IMG/VR virus record: IMGVR_UViG_3300027791_000009
Location: 32,001-96,000 of that record
Length of the DNA stretch: 64,000 bases
DNA from: a virus
Strand: one strand, 5' to 3'
The translations under genes and the position numbers were made by a program. Shown here in pieces: positions 47,510-59,520 of the stretch. Positions within the stretch are counted from its first letter, which is position 1; the number at the start of each line of letters is the position of its first letter. The notes below the pieces were generated by a model that was not told the origin of the DNA, made no database searches, and worked only from the letters and a program-made list of their open reading frames with translations.

Positions 47510-47839
47510 ATGGCTAGTGCTTTTAAAAACGCAGGAATGACAAACTCGCAAGTTGATGACTCAACTTCAAATGTTTATACAGCGCCATCAAATGGTACTG
47601 CTGTATTACACGCTATTTACATTTCAAATACTTCAACTGATACTCCAGCAGAAGTTGATGTGAAAATAACGATAGACGGTGGAACAACTTTTAAGACTAT
47701 GATGTCTAATATCATCATTCCACAAAACAACACATTTATATTAGATAAACCAGTAAACCTTGAGGCAAATGACATTATACGAGTTATTGCGTCTCATGGA
47801 AATACAGATACGGTAATGTCGGTATTAGAAAACACTTAA
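47510..47839 (+). CDS. small virion protein
   Basis: MASAFKNAG, VYTAP, LEANDII. Confidence 0.7.
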   Translation: MASAFKNAGMTNSQVDDSTSNVYTAPSNGTAVLHAIYISNTSTDTPAEVDVKITIDGGTTFKTMMSNIIIPQNNTFILDKPVNLEANDIIRVIASHGNTDTVMSVLENT

Positions 47840-47862
47840 TAGTTTTTAGACGCTGGTTATTG

Positions 47863-47870
47863 TATAAATA
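47863..47870 (+). promoter_or_regulatory. T4-type late promoter
   Basis: TATAAATA. Confidence 0.75.
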
Positions 47871-47895
47871 TAAAGAAACGAAGAGGAATAATTAA

Positions 47896-48393
47896 ATGGC
47901 ATTAGCATTACCAACAGGAGCTTCACAAGCAGTAGCAACAGACGCTGCTGGTTTTCAAATCTCTAACGAATATGCAATGCACTCCCTTAACCGTGATGTT
48001 AACGGTCTTTTAATCTATACTAAAGTAAAATTAGATAGTAATGAGACAATTGAAGTTAACTCTGGTGAAGGATTTGGGTTTAATGGTTTTGAAGGTATGG
48101 CACTTGGTAAAACAAGTGATGGAAGTACCGTTCAAAATTCACTACAAAGTGATTTTGACGAAAGTACAGACGCACACTATCAAACGAATGCTCAGTTTAG
48201 GAAGTATCAACAAACGAGATTTGATCCGTTGAAACTTTTTTATTTCATAAATGATGACGGTAATCTTGTTGCAAGGTATCAGCAAGACTATACATACGCC
48301 GCTAGCGAAACAGCGACTGCTTCTACTGGAAGCAACTGGACACCTAGTGGAGGAAATTATTATACCCAAAACAATATTAACAGGTATTTGTAA
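47896..48393 (+). CDS. hypothetical virion protein
   Basis: SD GAGG; YFINDDGNLVAR. Confidence 0.7.
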   Translation: MALALPTGASQAVATDAAGFQISNEYAMHSLNRDVNGLLIYTKVKLDSNETIEVNSGEGFGFNGFEGMALGKTSDGSTVQNSLQSDFDESTDAHYQTNAQFRKYQQTRFDPLKLFYFINDDGNLVARYQQDYTYAASETATASTGSNWTPSGGNYYTQNNINRYL

Positions 48394-48416
48394 AAATTAA
48401 ATAGAGAGAGATAAAA

Positions 48417-51400
48417 ATGGCAGATTTTATTCTAGGTAGACTTAAATTTCACTTCAAAGGAGATTGGGTTACAGGAACGGCATACATCAAAGATGATGTT
48501 GTAAGATACGGAGGAAATAGCTTCGTGGCGATGGCGAACCATACAGGTTCATCAGCGTTTGAAACAGATTTAACAGCGACTAAATGGAAAAAGATGGTTG
48601 CTGGACAAGAATGGAAAGGTGCTTGGGCAGGTTCTACTAACTATAAAGTAGATGATGTTGTCCAATGGGGTGGTTCTACATTTGTATGTAATACTGCTCA
48701 CGCTTCACAAACAGATTTATATGATGACACTTCAAAGTGGACATCATTTGTTCCAGGATTTAAATGGACAGGAACATATGCTTCTGCGACTGCATATAAA
48801 GTTAACGATTTAGCAAAGTACGGTGCGAATGTTTACATTTGTACGGTTGAACATACTGCCGCTTCAACTATTGATACTTCTAAATTTACTTTATTCGTTT
48901 CAGGACTAGAATTTGAAGATTCATATGCTTCGGGTACTGCATATCAAGCAGGTGACATTGTAACCTACGGTGGTTACAACTATGTTGCCGAACAACAATC
49001 AACAGGTCAAACACCATATAACAACGCTTCATATTGGACGGTTTTAACAACTGGTTTCAAAATGCTAGGTACATATGCTGGTGGTACTGCATACAAAACT
49101 GGTAATGTAGTAAAATATGGTGGTCACACTTATGTTGCAAAACAAGACGCAACTGGAGTTGTACCAACAACTACTGCGACTTGGGATTTATTAAACGAAG
49201 GATTTAACTGGAGAAACAATTGGACAGACGGAACTGCTTATGCACCTGGCGACACAATTGGTTACGGTTCATCATCTTATAGATGTAAACTTGCTCACAC
49301 AGCTACTGCTGTTGTAGGAGACGCATTACGACCTGATTATGATACAGGCGGAGTTTATTGGGACCTACTTGCTGAAGGAGATTCAAACTTTGTTACCACG
49401 GTAAGAGGTGACATATTAACAAGAAACGCTACACAAAATATTAGATTGCCAATCGGTACAGCTGGTTCAGTTGTTTCATCAAATGGAACAGATGTTAGTT
49501 GGACAATACCTGGGGTTAGTTTTAGTGTTTATTATGTTGCAAAACATGGTACAGATAGTGATCCTTCTTCTGATACAGGAAGAGGAACTTCATTAGACAA
49601 ACCTTGGTTAACTTTGCAATATGCAACAACTTGGATTAATAGCAATGTTGCTACTAGTGTATTCAAAACGGTTTATGTTAAAACTGGAGAATACGAAGAA
49701 GCATTACCTATCATCTTATCTGCTAATACACAAGTAGTTGGAGACGGTGTTAGAAGTACAAGAATTAAACCTGCTGCTGGTAACTCAACAGCTACTGGAT
49801 TAACAAACACTCCAAACAATCGTGCTGATATGTTTAGAGTACATAACGGTACAACGGTTACAGGATTTACATTTACTGGAATGGTTGGAACTATGGGAAG
49901 TGCTGACTCTTACGGAGTTGCAAGACCTAATATAGCTGACGGTGCAACACGAAGTGGTGTTGTATTTGCATTAGACCCAGGAACTGGAGTTTCTGATACG
50001 ACTACACACATTTCAACTAAATCACCATTTATTCAGAATTGTACTCACTTTGGATTCGGTTCTGTTGGTATTAAGATTGACGGTTCATTACACAACTCTG
50101 GAAACAGAAGTATACTTGCAAACGACTTTACACAAGTCTCTTCTGACGGTGTTGGAGTTTGGGCATTGAATAATGCTAAATCAGAATTAGTATCTGTATT
50201 TACATATTACGCACATCACGGTTACTTATGTGATAGTGGTGCTGTTATGAGAAGTTTGAACTCAAACAACTCTTACGGTGAATACGGTTCAACAGCTGCT
50301 GGTATTGACTCAACAGAAACACCATATACTGCTGTTGTAGATTTAAGAAATAATGAAGCACAAGTAGGAAGAGTATTAGTATCCGGTTCAGGTATTGGAA
50401 GATTAGAATTACAATATGCTGGACAAGCTTACTCATCTTCTGCTGTCTCAATTGCTGGATCCGGTGCCTCTGGTGCTGTATCAACAACTCATGCTGACGG
50501 TGCTGTAAACTTTATAAAGATTAACACTACCGGTTCAACACACTTTACTACAACAGGTTATGCACAAGCAGGAACTGCAAGTACAATTAAACTTGCTGCT
50601 TCTGATTCACAACCTGATGACTTCTACAATGGTATGAGAATTACGGTATATACAGGAACTGGTTATGGTAACACAGGAGTTATCGCTGACTATGTTGCTT
50701 CTACAAAAACTGCAACGATACAAAAAGAAGCAGGCTCTGCCGGTTTTGATGTATTCGTAAACTCTGGATTATCTCCTGCTACTGCATTTGATACAACTTC
50801 AGGATATGAAATTGAACCAAGAGTTGCTTTAAGTGGTGGTGGTTCTCCTAGTAGAAACGCACTCGCAAGAGCAGTTGTAGAAAATCAACAAATTTCAAAA
50901 ATTCTTATATTAGACGGAGGTGCCGGTTATTCTAGTGCACCAACGGTAACAATTACAGACCCTAACGCAAGTACGGTAGCAACTGCAACATCACACATTA
51001 GTGACGGTGTAATTTCACAGACTACGGTAACAACAAGTGGCTCTGGATATAAAACAGAAACAACAACTGCAACTATTACTGGTGACGGTTATGCTGAAAT
51101 CTCTAGTGAAGGTACTGCCTTTGTTAGACTAACAGGATTATCTAAATCACCAACTGGTGGTGACATTATTGAATTTGCTGGAATATCCGGTCAAGCATAT
51201 TATGTTGTTAGTGTAACCGGTTACGCTGGTGGCGCTGGACTTGTTAGAGTAAATCCTAAATTTACAACTTCTAACGCTCCAACTCATGCTGAAACTGCAA
51301 CATTAAGAAGTAATTACTCAAACATTAGATTGACTGGACATGACTTCTTAGATGTAGGTACTGGTGATATTGTATCAACAAATTATCCTAACACACCAAC

Positions 51401-52133
51401 ACAATTACCTGACGCAAATGATGAAGTCTTTGAGGCAGATAGAGGAAGAGTATTCTACTCATCTACTGACCAAGACGGTAACTTTAGAGTTGGTAACTTA
51501 TTCCAAATCGAACAAGCAACTGGTAAGGCGACATTGAACGCTGAAGCATTTGACCTTTCTGGATTACAAGAATTGAGTTTAGGCTCAAACGCACAAGGTA
51601 ACTTCGGTGCTACGATTAATGAATTTAGTACTGACGGAACATTAGCAGATAATTCTGATACTGCTCTAGTTACCGAAAGAGCGATTAAGACCTATGTAGA
51701 TGGTCAACTTGGTGGAGGACAAAACGATTTATCAGTTAACTCATTAACTGCTGGTTCAATTACTGCCTCTGGAAGTAATATCTCTACAACAGGTACAAGT
51801 GGAACAGATGTTAACTTATCTATTGGAACACAAAACAATGGTATAATTACTCTTTCTGCACAGGCACAAACTGCTATTACTCCAACTGCGGCTAATGATT
51901 TAGTTAATAAGTCATATGTTGACGCACAAGGAACTCCTACATTACAAACACTTTCAATTGATGATGAAGATTTATCATTAAAAAGAAGAGTAATAACAAA
52001 TGCAAATGAGTTAATACAAAAAGAGAGTGCTTACTTTGATGGTACGGACGCAACTGAAGGATTTGAATTTATCAATGGAAGTATGCAAATAAACATTGAT
52101 AAATCTGGAGACTTGGTAATAGAAACAATATAA
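48417..52133 (+). CDS. large tail fibre/spike with N-terminal W..Y..D.V.YGG repeats
   Basis: About six tandem carbohydrate-binding-like repeats, beta-helix-like core, GHDFLDVGTG, INEFSTD. Confidence 0.8.
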   Translation: MADFILGRLKFHFKGDWVTGTAYIKDDVVRYGGNSFVAMANHTGSSAFETDLTATKWKKMVAGQEWKGAWAGSTNYKVDDVVQWGGSTFVCNTAHASQTDLYDDTSKWTSFVPGFKWTGTYASATAYKVNDLAKYGANVYICTVEHTAASTIDTSKFTLFVSGLEFEDSYASGTAYQAGDIVTYGGYNYVAEQQSTGQTPYNNASYWTVLTTGFKMLGTYAGGTAYKTGNVVKYGGHTYVAKQDATGVVPTTTATWDLLNEGFNWRNNWTDGTAYAPGDTIGYGSSSYRCKLAHTATAVVGDALRPDYDTGGVYWDLLAEGDSNFVTTVRGDILTRNATQNIRLPIGTAGSVVSSNGTDVSWTIPGVSFSVYYVAKHGTDSDPSSDTGRGTSLDKPWLTLQYATTWINSNVATSVFKTVYVKTGEYEEALPIILSANTQVVGDGVRSTRIKPAAGNSTATGLTNTPNNRADMFRVHNGTTVTGFTFTGMVGTMGSADSYGVARPNIADGATRSGVVFALDPGTGVSDTTTHISTKSPFIQNCTHFGFGSVGIKIDGSLHNSGNRSILANDFTQVSSDGVGVWALNNAKSELVSVFTYYAHHGYLCDSGAVMRSLNSNNSYGEYGSTAAGIDSTETPYTAVVDLRNNEAQVGRVLVSGSGIGRLELQYAGQAYSSSAVSIAGSGASGAVSTTHADGAVNFIKINTTGSTHFTTTGYAQAGTASTIKLAASDSQPDDFYNGMRITVYTGTGYGNTGVIADYVASTKTATIQKEAGSAGFDVFVNSGLSPATAFDTTSGYEIEPRVALSGGGSPSRNALARAVVENQQISKILILDGGAGYSSAPTVTITDPNASTVATATSHISDGVISQTTVTTSGSGYKTETTTATITGDGYAEISSEGTAFVRLTGLSKSPTGGDIIEFAGISGQAYYVVSVTGYAGGAGLVRVNPKFTTSNAPTHAETATLRSNYSNIRLTGHDFLDVGTGDIVSTNYPNTPTQLPDANDEVFEADRGRVFYSSTDQDGNFRVGNLFQIEQATGKATLNAEAFDLSGLQELSLGSNAQGNFGATINEFSTDGTLADNSDTALVTERAIKTYVDGQLGGGQNDLSVNSLTAGSITASGSNISTTGTSGTDVNLSIGTQNNGIITLSAQAQTAITPTAANDLVNKSYVDAQGTPTLQTLSIDDEDLSLKRRVITNANELIQKESAYFDGTDATEGFEFINGSMQINIDKSGDLVIETI

Positions 52134-52136
52134 ATA
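52129..52136 (+). promoter_or_regulatory. T4-type late promoter
   Basis: TATAAATA. Confidence 0.7.
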
Positions 52137-52160
52137 ATAGTTAAATAGGAAGATATAAAA

Positions 52161-55100
52161 ATGGCAACAACAAAAACTAGAATTGGTAATCTGTTCTTCA
52201 ATTACCAGGGTGATTATTCGAGTACGAAGGCTTATATAAAAGATGATGTTGTATTACACAACAATTCTGATTATATTTGCGTTAAAAACTCGTCTACTAC
52301 AGGAGTAGCACCTGATACTGGAACAGAAGCTCAACAAAAAAGATATGCAAGGGTAACAATTGCTACATCAGCAACTACTGGTGGTAATGCTTATAAATGG
52401 GACGGTGAATCTACTTGGCCTCAAACAGAAGTACAATACAAAATTGGTGATACATTAGTATTATACCAAGACGGTAATGACTTTGATGATAATAAGATTG
52501 CATTTTCTAACTCTGCTACATCAAAAGAAACAAATTTATTCCACACAGATGTAACCTATATGCTAGACGGTAAGTCTGTTGGTGGTGGAACTGCAAGTGG
52601 TAACTACTTTAACTCTGGTACATTTAACAATGCTACTAAAAGAGAAATTAGAATAGAGATTACTGCTGAAACTCCAAAAGAAATCTATATCTTCAACTTT
52701 GATAATCCTTCTGCTACTTGGGGACCTAAAATGGTCGTTGCCGAAAACCAAGTATGGAAAGAAATCAGACAATCATTTAAATGGAGAGGTGACCATAGTG
52801 AAGCTTCTATAGTTTACAATCCAAATGACTTAGTACATATTAATGTTCCTGTAGATAATGACTTTTCTACAAACAATCAATATTCTGGAGACCAAATACA
52901 AAATATTAGAGCAACTTATGTCTGTTTGAGAGAACACACATCTGGTGTTGCAGGTACTTTACCTTGGGACCAAGATACTGATACAGACGCAAATAAGTAT
53001 TGGGAAAGAATTTCAGAAGAACATCAATTTGATGACGAAACAATTACAGATAGTGGTGCTGTTGCAACAATAGACACTTCATCTACTTCTGCTTCTCCTG
53101 CTAGACAAGCAGGATTTTATCCTTTCGTAAATACTACAAATATTACTGCCGCTGCTGAAAATAGTGGTGCAGGAAGAACGAACGGTTATAATACACCACA
53201 GGTTAACATAACGGTCGAAGGTTACCAATCTGCTAAAACGGTTGGCAACTTCTCTACTGCACATTACAAAAGAAAACCTGGTATTTACAGAAACTTAACT
53301 CCAACTTCAACTTCAGGTGCTGGTTCAAACGCAACATTTGATGTAGAAGTAGACAACAACGGTGCTGTAATTTCAGTCGCTGTTACCAAGAAATCACTTG
53401 GTGGTCAAATGGGAGGTTTAGGATATGCTGTTAACGAAACAATTACTTTGGCTGACGCACTTATAGGAGCTGGTGGTGCACCTGACTTTACTTTTGATGT
53501 GACAGCAATTGGTACTTGGGGAGCTCTTCAAATAGAAATCGCTAGAGACCAAAAAAGAGGAATGCAAAACGCACAATGGGAAAATAATAACGAACCTGAA
53601 TTACTTGGTGGAGAAAACAACGCTGCTGCTGATGTATTAGCTGTTGACGCACAAGTATTATATTCTAGTGCAGCTGTACAATTCTCTGTGGTAACTACAC
53701 AGAAAAAAGCAAGAGGTTATCAAAACTTCTTTAGTGGAAACAGATTAGAAGCAATGGCATTATGTAATGAAAACGGACCTATCGGTGATGACCATCCGTT
53801 ATACAGATTGCCTGGACAATTCCAACAAGCGAATTGTTATAACTGGCCTTGTTTCATTAACGGTAGAGGTTCAATTACAAGTTGGGGTTCAAACTCTAAC
53901 GGTCAAAACGGATTAGAAACTGGTTCTGTTATGACTGGTGTTGGTATGGTATTTCCATTCCTTGACTGGTACAGAAGTACAGATAACGGTGGTAGTGGTA
54001 TTCATACTACTCCTGATGGAGAACCACCAAAAGCAATTCAACTATTATCTGGATATGAAGTTGGTATGGCACTATTTAATAATGGTGAAATATACCATTG
54101 GGGTTACGGAGGTCACGGACAAAATGGTGACGCTGCTGATTCTAATAGAGGATATCCGACAAGACCTGGTGGAACATACCAAGAAATTTATCAAGCTTCT
54201 AACACTTCAACGCATACATTGAAAGATACAAGAATTAAAAGAATTTACATTACTAATTGGGGCGGAGACAATAACACAAATACACACTCTGTTTATGCGT
54301 TAGATACTAACGGTGAACTATGGGCTTGGGGTTACAATGGATACGGTCAATTAGGACAAAACAATACAACTAATTTAAATAGACCTACAAAAATTAATAA
54401 GACTACTTACTTCAATGGTAATAAGATTGACGCTTTCTGGACTGCTGGTGCAGGATACGCTTTCTGTTTTGCTTTAGATGTAACCGGTAAATTATATACT
54501 TGGGGTTATAATGGTTACGGTGTTTTAGGACAAGGTAACACCACTAACTTATCAGTACCAACTCAAATTCCAACTATCGTTTGGGATAACGGTGCTGCTA
54601 ATCCTGGTAAGATTAAAAAATTATTAGTAGACTCGCAACAATCATATCAAAGATGTGCCATTCTTACTGAAAAAGGTAAGATATATTGGTGTGGAAGGAA
54701 TGAATACGGTTGGGCTATGATGGGCAATACTACAGATGTAAGTACATTTACAATTATGTCTAATGGTCCAGGAAGTGGAACATATTCTGATTGTCAAAAT
54801 ATGTGGTTTACAGGTAACGGAAGATACGCAAGTTTCTGGACTAAAGATAGTACAGACTCTATTAAGTGCTGTGGTTACAATGGTAACTATGAACTAGGTA
54901 TTGGTAACTCAACAAACCAAACTGCTGCTATTTCACCAAAATGGCAGATTAATGGAACTACAACTTCTGACTTACATAACATTAAAGACATCGGTTGTAA
55001 TAGTGAATATGGTAACCAATGGATGTGTAATGTATGGGTATTAACATATGACGGATTTATGTTTAATGTAGGAAGAAATAATTACGGAATCGGTGCTCAA

Positions 55101-55379
55101 GGATATAGTAGTGATTATACCAGCAGACAATCAACTAATGGTATTGAAGAAACAGATGATTATTATTTCCAAATGCAAAGAATGCCTAATTACGCTCACG
55201 GAAGAGTTGAAGATGTAAGAGGACGAGGTTACTACTCTACAGACGGTAATAGATATCACTTTAGAGAAATTAGAACTTTTGATAACAGATACCTAATTTG
55301 GGGTTACGGTGGAGACCATATACAAGGTCAAAATGACGGTAATTATAGCTCTATGCCACAACCCGCTGTTTTAGGATAG
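52161..55379 (+). CDS. RCC1-repeat virion protein 1
   Basis: Repeated WAWGYNGYGQLG-type motifs. Confidence 0.8.
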   Translation: MATTKTRIGNLFFNYQGDYSSTKAYIKDDVVLHNNSDYICVKNSSTTGVAPDTGTEAQQKRYARVTIATSATTGGNAYKWDGESTWPQTEVQYKIGDTLVLYQDGNDFDDNKIAFSNSATSKETNLFHTDVTYMLDGKSVGGGTASGNYFNSGTFNNATKREIRIEITAETPKEIYIFNFDNPSATWGPKMVVAENQVWKEIRQSFKWRGDHSEASIVYNPNDLVHINVPVDNDFSTNNQYSGDQIQNIRATYVCLREHTSGVAGTLPWDQDTDTDANKYWERISEEHQFDDETITDSGAVATIDTSSTSASPARQAGFYPFVNTTNITAAAENSGAGRTNGYNTPQVNITVEGYQSAKTVGNFSTAHYKRKPGIYRNLTPTSTSGAGSNATFDVEVDNNGAVISVAVTKKSLGGQMGGLGYAVNETITLADALIGAGGAPDFTFDVTAIGTWGALQIEIARDQKRGMQNAQWENNNEPELLGGENNAAADVLAVDAQVLYSSAAVQFSVVTTQKKARGYQNFFSGNRLEAMALCNENGPIGDDHPLYRLPGQFQQANCYNWPCFINGRGSITSWGSNSNGQNGLETGSVMTGVGMVFPFLDWYRSTDNGGSGIHTTPDGEPPKAIQLLSGYEVGMALFNNGEIYHWGYGGHGQNGDAADSNRGYPTRPGGTYQEIYQASNTSTHTLKDTRIKRIYITNWGGDNNTNTHSVYALDTNGELWAWGYNGYGQLGQNNTTNLNRPTKINKTTYFNGNKIDAFWTAGAGYAFCFALDVTGKLYTWGYNGYGVLGQGNTTNLSVPTQIPTIVWDNGAANPGKIKKLLVDSQQSYQRCAILTEKGKIYWCGRNEYGWAMMGNTTDVSTFTIMSNGPGSGTYSDCQNMWFTGNGRYASFWTKDSTDSIKCCGYNGNYELGIGNSTNQTAAISPKWQINGTTTSDLHNIKDIGCNSEYGNQWMCNVWVLTYDGFMFNVGRNNYGIGAQGYSSDYTSRQSTNGIEETDDYYFQMQRMPNYAHGRVEDVRGRGYYSTDGNRYHFREIRTFDNRYLIWGYGGDHIQGQNDGNYSSMPQPAVLG

Positions 55380-55387
55380 TATAAATA
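55380..55387 (+). promoter_or_regulatory. T4-type late promoter
   Basis: TATAAATA. Confidence 0.75.
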
Positions 55388-55416
55388 TAAAGAACAATTA
55401 AGATAGGAAAATAAAA

Positions 55417-58400
55417 ATGGCAAAAATTAATCTCGGAAGAATTAAATTACAATTCCAAGGAGAGTTCAATAAGGACCAACAATACAGACGAGACGATATT
55501 GTTTATCATAATAACGCAATGTGGATTATGAAACAAGAATACTTTGCTGATGGTTCTTCTGCGTATGCTCCTGGTACTAAAATCTTTGGATATAATCCAA
55601 AAGATATCACTGGCGACTTCTGGTCAAACGACCCGAACTTCAATGGTGAAGATAGCACCTTCAAGCACAACCAATACTGGACTGAAAACGAAAGAAGAGG
55701 CGAAACAAGTAGAACTGACCAAGACGGTAATCCTATCACAAAAAACTCTACTTACGGCTCTAACGAAGACGGTGCAAGAGAAATTAGACACGATTATATT
55801 GATTCATCATTAGGAACGGTTGTACGCCATCAACAAAACTTAATGGGTGAGTATGACGCTATGTTTCAACAAACAGAAGACGATTACGACCAATTAGATA
55901 CATATAATCATTACGAACAAAATTACTTTAGATATCATTATACACCTGCACACAATACATTTGTTGTAGAGGTTAATGTATCAGGTGGTGTTCCAGATTT
56001 TAAAATTGATAACAGACTTGGTAACGATACTAAAGGTAGACAATTTGAAGGATATAGAAACTGGGAAAACTTCAAAGAAGGACACACATACAGATTTTCA
56101 CAAGACAAACCTAATAACAAATATTATCCATTAGGTTTCTCTTACACTTCTGACGGAATACACAACGCCGGCGATACTGGTAAGTCATTAGGACAAGATC
56201 CTGATGGACCTTACTATGTTAAAGGTACTGCTTCAAATGGTGATAGTGGATTCTTTTCACCTATGTATAAAAATGAAGCGACTGCGATTGCTGAAGATAC
56301 AAGAAGAGGTGGTGCTGGTGTTGCTCATAAACTTTCTTTCAACGAAGGTGATGTACCTGGTTGGGAAACAGAAGCAAGTTCCTCATTAAAAGGACATTTA
56401 CATTCAGACGGAACTCAATTAAAAGATACGGTTGTATCTGTATTGACAGACGCTAGTAATAACACATACTTACAAGTATCAAATGCTTGGGCAGGACAAA
56501 CATCAGGTGGTGTTTCTGCACACGCAAGAAAAACAATTTATCTTAACACAGGTGACTCAACTGAATATCATTCAATCACTGGAAGTACACACTCATATGT
56601 GTATGTTCAAGGTGCATTAAAAGTTGGTTCTAATGTTTCTGCTGTAATCACTCAACAAAGAGACGATACAACAACTGCAAACGATAGTGCCGGAAGAAAA
56701 ATATTATTAGTAAATGGTCATCCTGTTTATCAACTAGTTGGTGAAGCTTCTTCTTCAACGGTTGGTGGTATCTCTGGTGCTTATCAAGCACTTACAAATG
56801 CCGGTACAGGAACAACTACTACTCTAGGTGCAAGTGCTGCTTCAAACGAAGGTTTAGTAGACTTGTATATGCCGAAACTTACAGACCCAACAGCAAATGT
56901 TGAAAGAACAATGCAAGTTTCAGTTGCTAATCCTGGTTCAGGAAACAAATTCTACATTGATGGTAGTTTACCAACTGCAACTTCAATTATGTTAGAAGAA
57001 GGAAAAACTTATAAGTTTGACCAATCTGATAGTACAAATGCTACGCATTTATTAAAACTATCAACTACTTCTGACGGAACACACGGTGGCGGTGCTGAAT
57101 ATACTGCTGGTGTTAAAATAGTAGGTACTCCTGGAAACAGAGGTGCATACACAGAAATTAAATTAAGAACTGGAGTAGCAAAACTTTACTTATATTGTAA
57201 TGCTCATTCTGGTATGGGTCAAGCTGCTGAAACATTTGATGTTTCAACAAATCTTGGAAAAACATACGCTCCTGGTAACATTAAAAAGTGGCAAGGTTAC
57301 AACAAAAACGGTGTTGTTAAGTATTACTTAAACGGCACACAAGTTGACGAAAACACTTACATTGAAACATTTTTCAATGATAATGTAGTAAAAGATAGAA
57401 ACTATCCTAAGACTATGCCTAATAATAAAGTTAAAGGTGGAAACAAATATACTTTTGAACATATGGCAGGAAGATATGTTGAGATAACTATTCCTTATCA
57501 AGCAACACAATCAGACGCTGAAAGTACAAAAATATATCCATTCTGTTTAGAACCTACAACGGCTGCTAGACAAACTTCTGGAATGTATAACACATTCGGT
57601 TGGGACATTGAGAAGTCTTGGAGAGGTCATAGACATTGGGATAAAGTACAATCTTCTATGAGATTTAGAGGAGAGTTTAGTCCTAATACACAATACAACT
57701 ACAATGATATTATTTCATACAAACCTTATAAAAGACTTTCTACTGGAGAGAAATTTTATAAACACGGTACTGGTTTATACAGATGTTTAAGAGACAATAG
57801 AGGAAGACCACCTCAACACGGATTCCAAGAACCTACAAGGTCTCCATTGATGACTGCTTCAACGGTTACTTCTGGAAGATTAACTGGAAGAAGTGAACAC
57901 GAACAAAACAATGAGACAGGTAAGAATTATCCTGCACATATTCAATCGTATCACAACTGCTGGGAATCTTGGGCTGGAATGAACAACCAAGAACAAGGTG
58001 CTGGTGTTTGGTTCCCGAACAAAGGACCAATGGCATGGCCATACAAACACGGTTCTTCAACTGGTGCAAACATCTACAGATGTCATATGTACATTGATAA
58101 GAATGGTGCTGTATGGGTTATCGGAAACGGTACTTCATCACACAATATGGAACAAGGTCGTTCTTCTTCATACTTTAGAGAAGTAACCTTTAGATGGAGA
58201 GATTTCTACAATTCTGAAAACAGAAACGAAGGCGGTTACAACGAAAGAAGAAGTAGTAAGTGGACTCGTTATGACAGAATGAGAACTCCTAGAGCTATTC
58301 AAATTGAAATGTCTTATGACGGAACAATGATTTTGTTTGACAATGGACAAATCTTCCACGGAGGTTACGGTTCACATGGTCAACAAGGTACTGGTTATGA

Positions 58401-59520
58401 CGGTGCTCCTGGTTCTGCAATGTCACCTGACGGATTAGAAGATGTACACTTTATCAAAATCGCAATGAAAACTAATAACGAAGATTCAATTCATACTCCT
58501 TGCGGATTAACAGATGATGGAGATGTATATGTTTGGGGTTACAATGGTTATGGTGAAGTCGGAGACGGTAGAACACAAAACGCATATGGTCCTAAGAGAA
58601 TACCAAGAGAATTCTTTAATGACGAAAAAATTATTGATATTTTAGCAACCGGTGGAGATAGTACTTCATTCTATGCTAGAACATCACAAGACAACATTTA
58701 CGCTTGGGGAAGAAACAACATCGGCCAATTAGGAGATACAACAACAACTGACAAATACAGACCAGTATTAATGACTGGATTTGTTGCTTCAGACAATGGT
58801 GGTATCGCTGTATGGCAAGGTAATGCTCACTCATCAAACTCAAATTTCTCAATACTAGACGGAAACGGATTTATATGGGCAACAGGTTACAACGGTTATG
58901 GTAACTTTGTTGACAATACAACAGCTAACAAAGCTACATTAACTAAATCAACTGCTGCTCCTAATGGAGACATTGCAGACTTCTGGACATTATTCTGGAA
59001 TGGATATCATACAACATTTATGAGATTGAAAAATGGTGAAACTTGGACTGCTGGACATAGTGGTGGATACTACAACTCTGGTGATGGTGGAACTGGAACA
59101 AACCAGGCACCTGTACAAGTAGATAAGATAACTAATCTAAAAGAAGTTTGTATATGTAATACATATTCAGACCAAGGTAGAAGTTATTGGTTAACAGATA
59201 ATGGTGAATTCTTTAGTCAAGGCCGTGATGTATACGGTTCTATGCCAAATAGTGTTGCCGGAGATAACTGGACTGGTGAAGATGGAACATACAAACCTTT
59301 CCACGCTTTTGTACCTGCAGGAACTAGAATTAGAACTATGTGTATTCAAGGTATTGACCAATCAACAAGCTACTACGGACTTCAACCAATGGTTGGAACA
59401 GAAGATGGCCAAGTTTTACTTTGGGGCTATTCTTCAAACAATAACCTAGGACACCACGCTAGTGCAACTTACTCAAATACGGGTCGTTCACAAATGTGGA
59501 ATGCTGGTATAGGTAGATAA
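55417..59520 (+). CDS. RCC1-repeat virion protein 2 with cupredoxin-like insert
   Basis: VWGYNGYGEVG, AWGRNNIGQLG; YKFDQSD...YCNAHSGMG. Confidence 0.8.
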   Translation: MAKINLGRIKLQFQGEFNKDQQYRRDDIVYHNNAMWIMKQEYFADGSSAYAPGTKIFGYNPKDITGDFWSNDPNFNGEDSTFKHNQYWTENERRGETSRTDQDGNPITKNSTYGSNEDGAREIRHDYIDSSLGTVVRHQQNLMGEYDAMFQQTEDDYDQLDTYNHYEQNYFRYHYTPAHNTFVVEVNVSGGVPDFKIDNRLGNDTKGRQFEGYRNWENFKEGHTYRFSQDKPNNKYYPLGFSYTSDGIHNAGDTGKSLGQDPDGPYYVKGTASNGDSGFFSPMYKNEATAIAEDTRRGGAGVAHKLSFNEGDVPGWETEASSSLKGHLHSDGTQLKDTVVSVLTDASNNTYLQVSNAWAGQTSGGVSAHARKTIYLNTGDSTEYHSITGSTHSYVYVQGALKVGSNVSAVITQQRDDTTTANDSAGRKILLVNGHPVYQLVGEASSSTVGGISGAYQALTNAGTGTTTTLGASAASNEGLVDLYMPKLTDPTANVERTMQVSVANPGSGNKFYIDGSLPTATSIMLEEGKTYKFDQSDSTNATHLLKLSTTSDGTHGGGAEYTAGVKIVGTPGNRGAYTEIKLRTGVAKLYLYCNAHSGMGQAAETFDVSTNLGKTYAPGNIKKWQGYNKNGVVKYYLNGTQVDENTYIETFFNDNVVKDRNYPKTMPNNKVKGGNKYTFEHMAGRYVEITIPYQATQSDAESTKIYPFCLEPTTAARQTSGMYNTFGWDIEKSWRGHRHWDKVQSSMRFRGEFSPNTQYNYNDIISYKPYKRLSTGEKFYKHGTGLYRCLRDNRGRPPQHGFQEPTRSPLMTASTVTSGRLTGRSEHEQNNETGKNYPAHIQSYHNCWESWAGMNNQEQGAGVWFPNKGPMAWPYKHGSSTGANIYRCHMYIDKNGAVWVIGNGTSSHNMEQGRSSSYFREVTFRWRDFYNSENRNEGGYNERRSSKWTRYDRMRTPRAIQIEMSYDGTMILFDNGQIFHGGYGSHGQQGTGYDGAPGSAMSPDGLEDVHFIKIAMKTNNEDSIHTPCGLTDDGDVYVWGYNGYGEVGDGRTQNAYGPKRIPREFFNDEKIIDILATGGDSTSFYARTSQDNIYAWGRNNIGQLGDTTTTDKYRPVLMTGFVASDNGGIAVWQGNAHSSNSNFSILDGNGFIWATGYNGYGNFVDNTTANKATLTKSTAAPNGDIADFWTLFWNGYHTTFMRLKNGETWTAGHSGGYYNSGDGGTGTNQAPVQVDKITNLKEVCICNTYSDQGRSYWLTDNGEFFSQGRDVYGSMPNSVAGDNWTGEDGTYKPFHAFVPAGTRIRTMCIQGIDQSTSYYGLQPMVGTEDGQVLLWGYSSNNNLGHHASATYSNTGRSQMWNAGIGR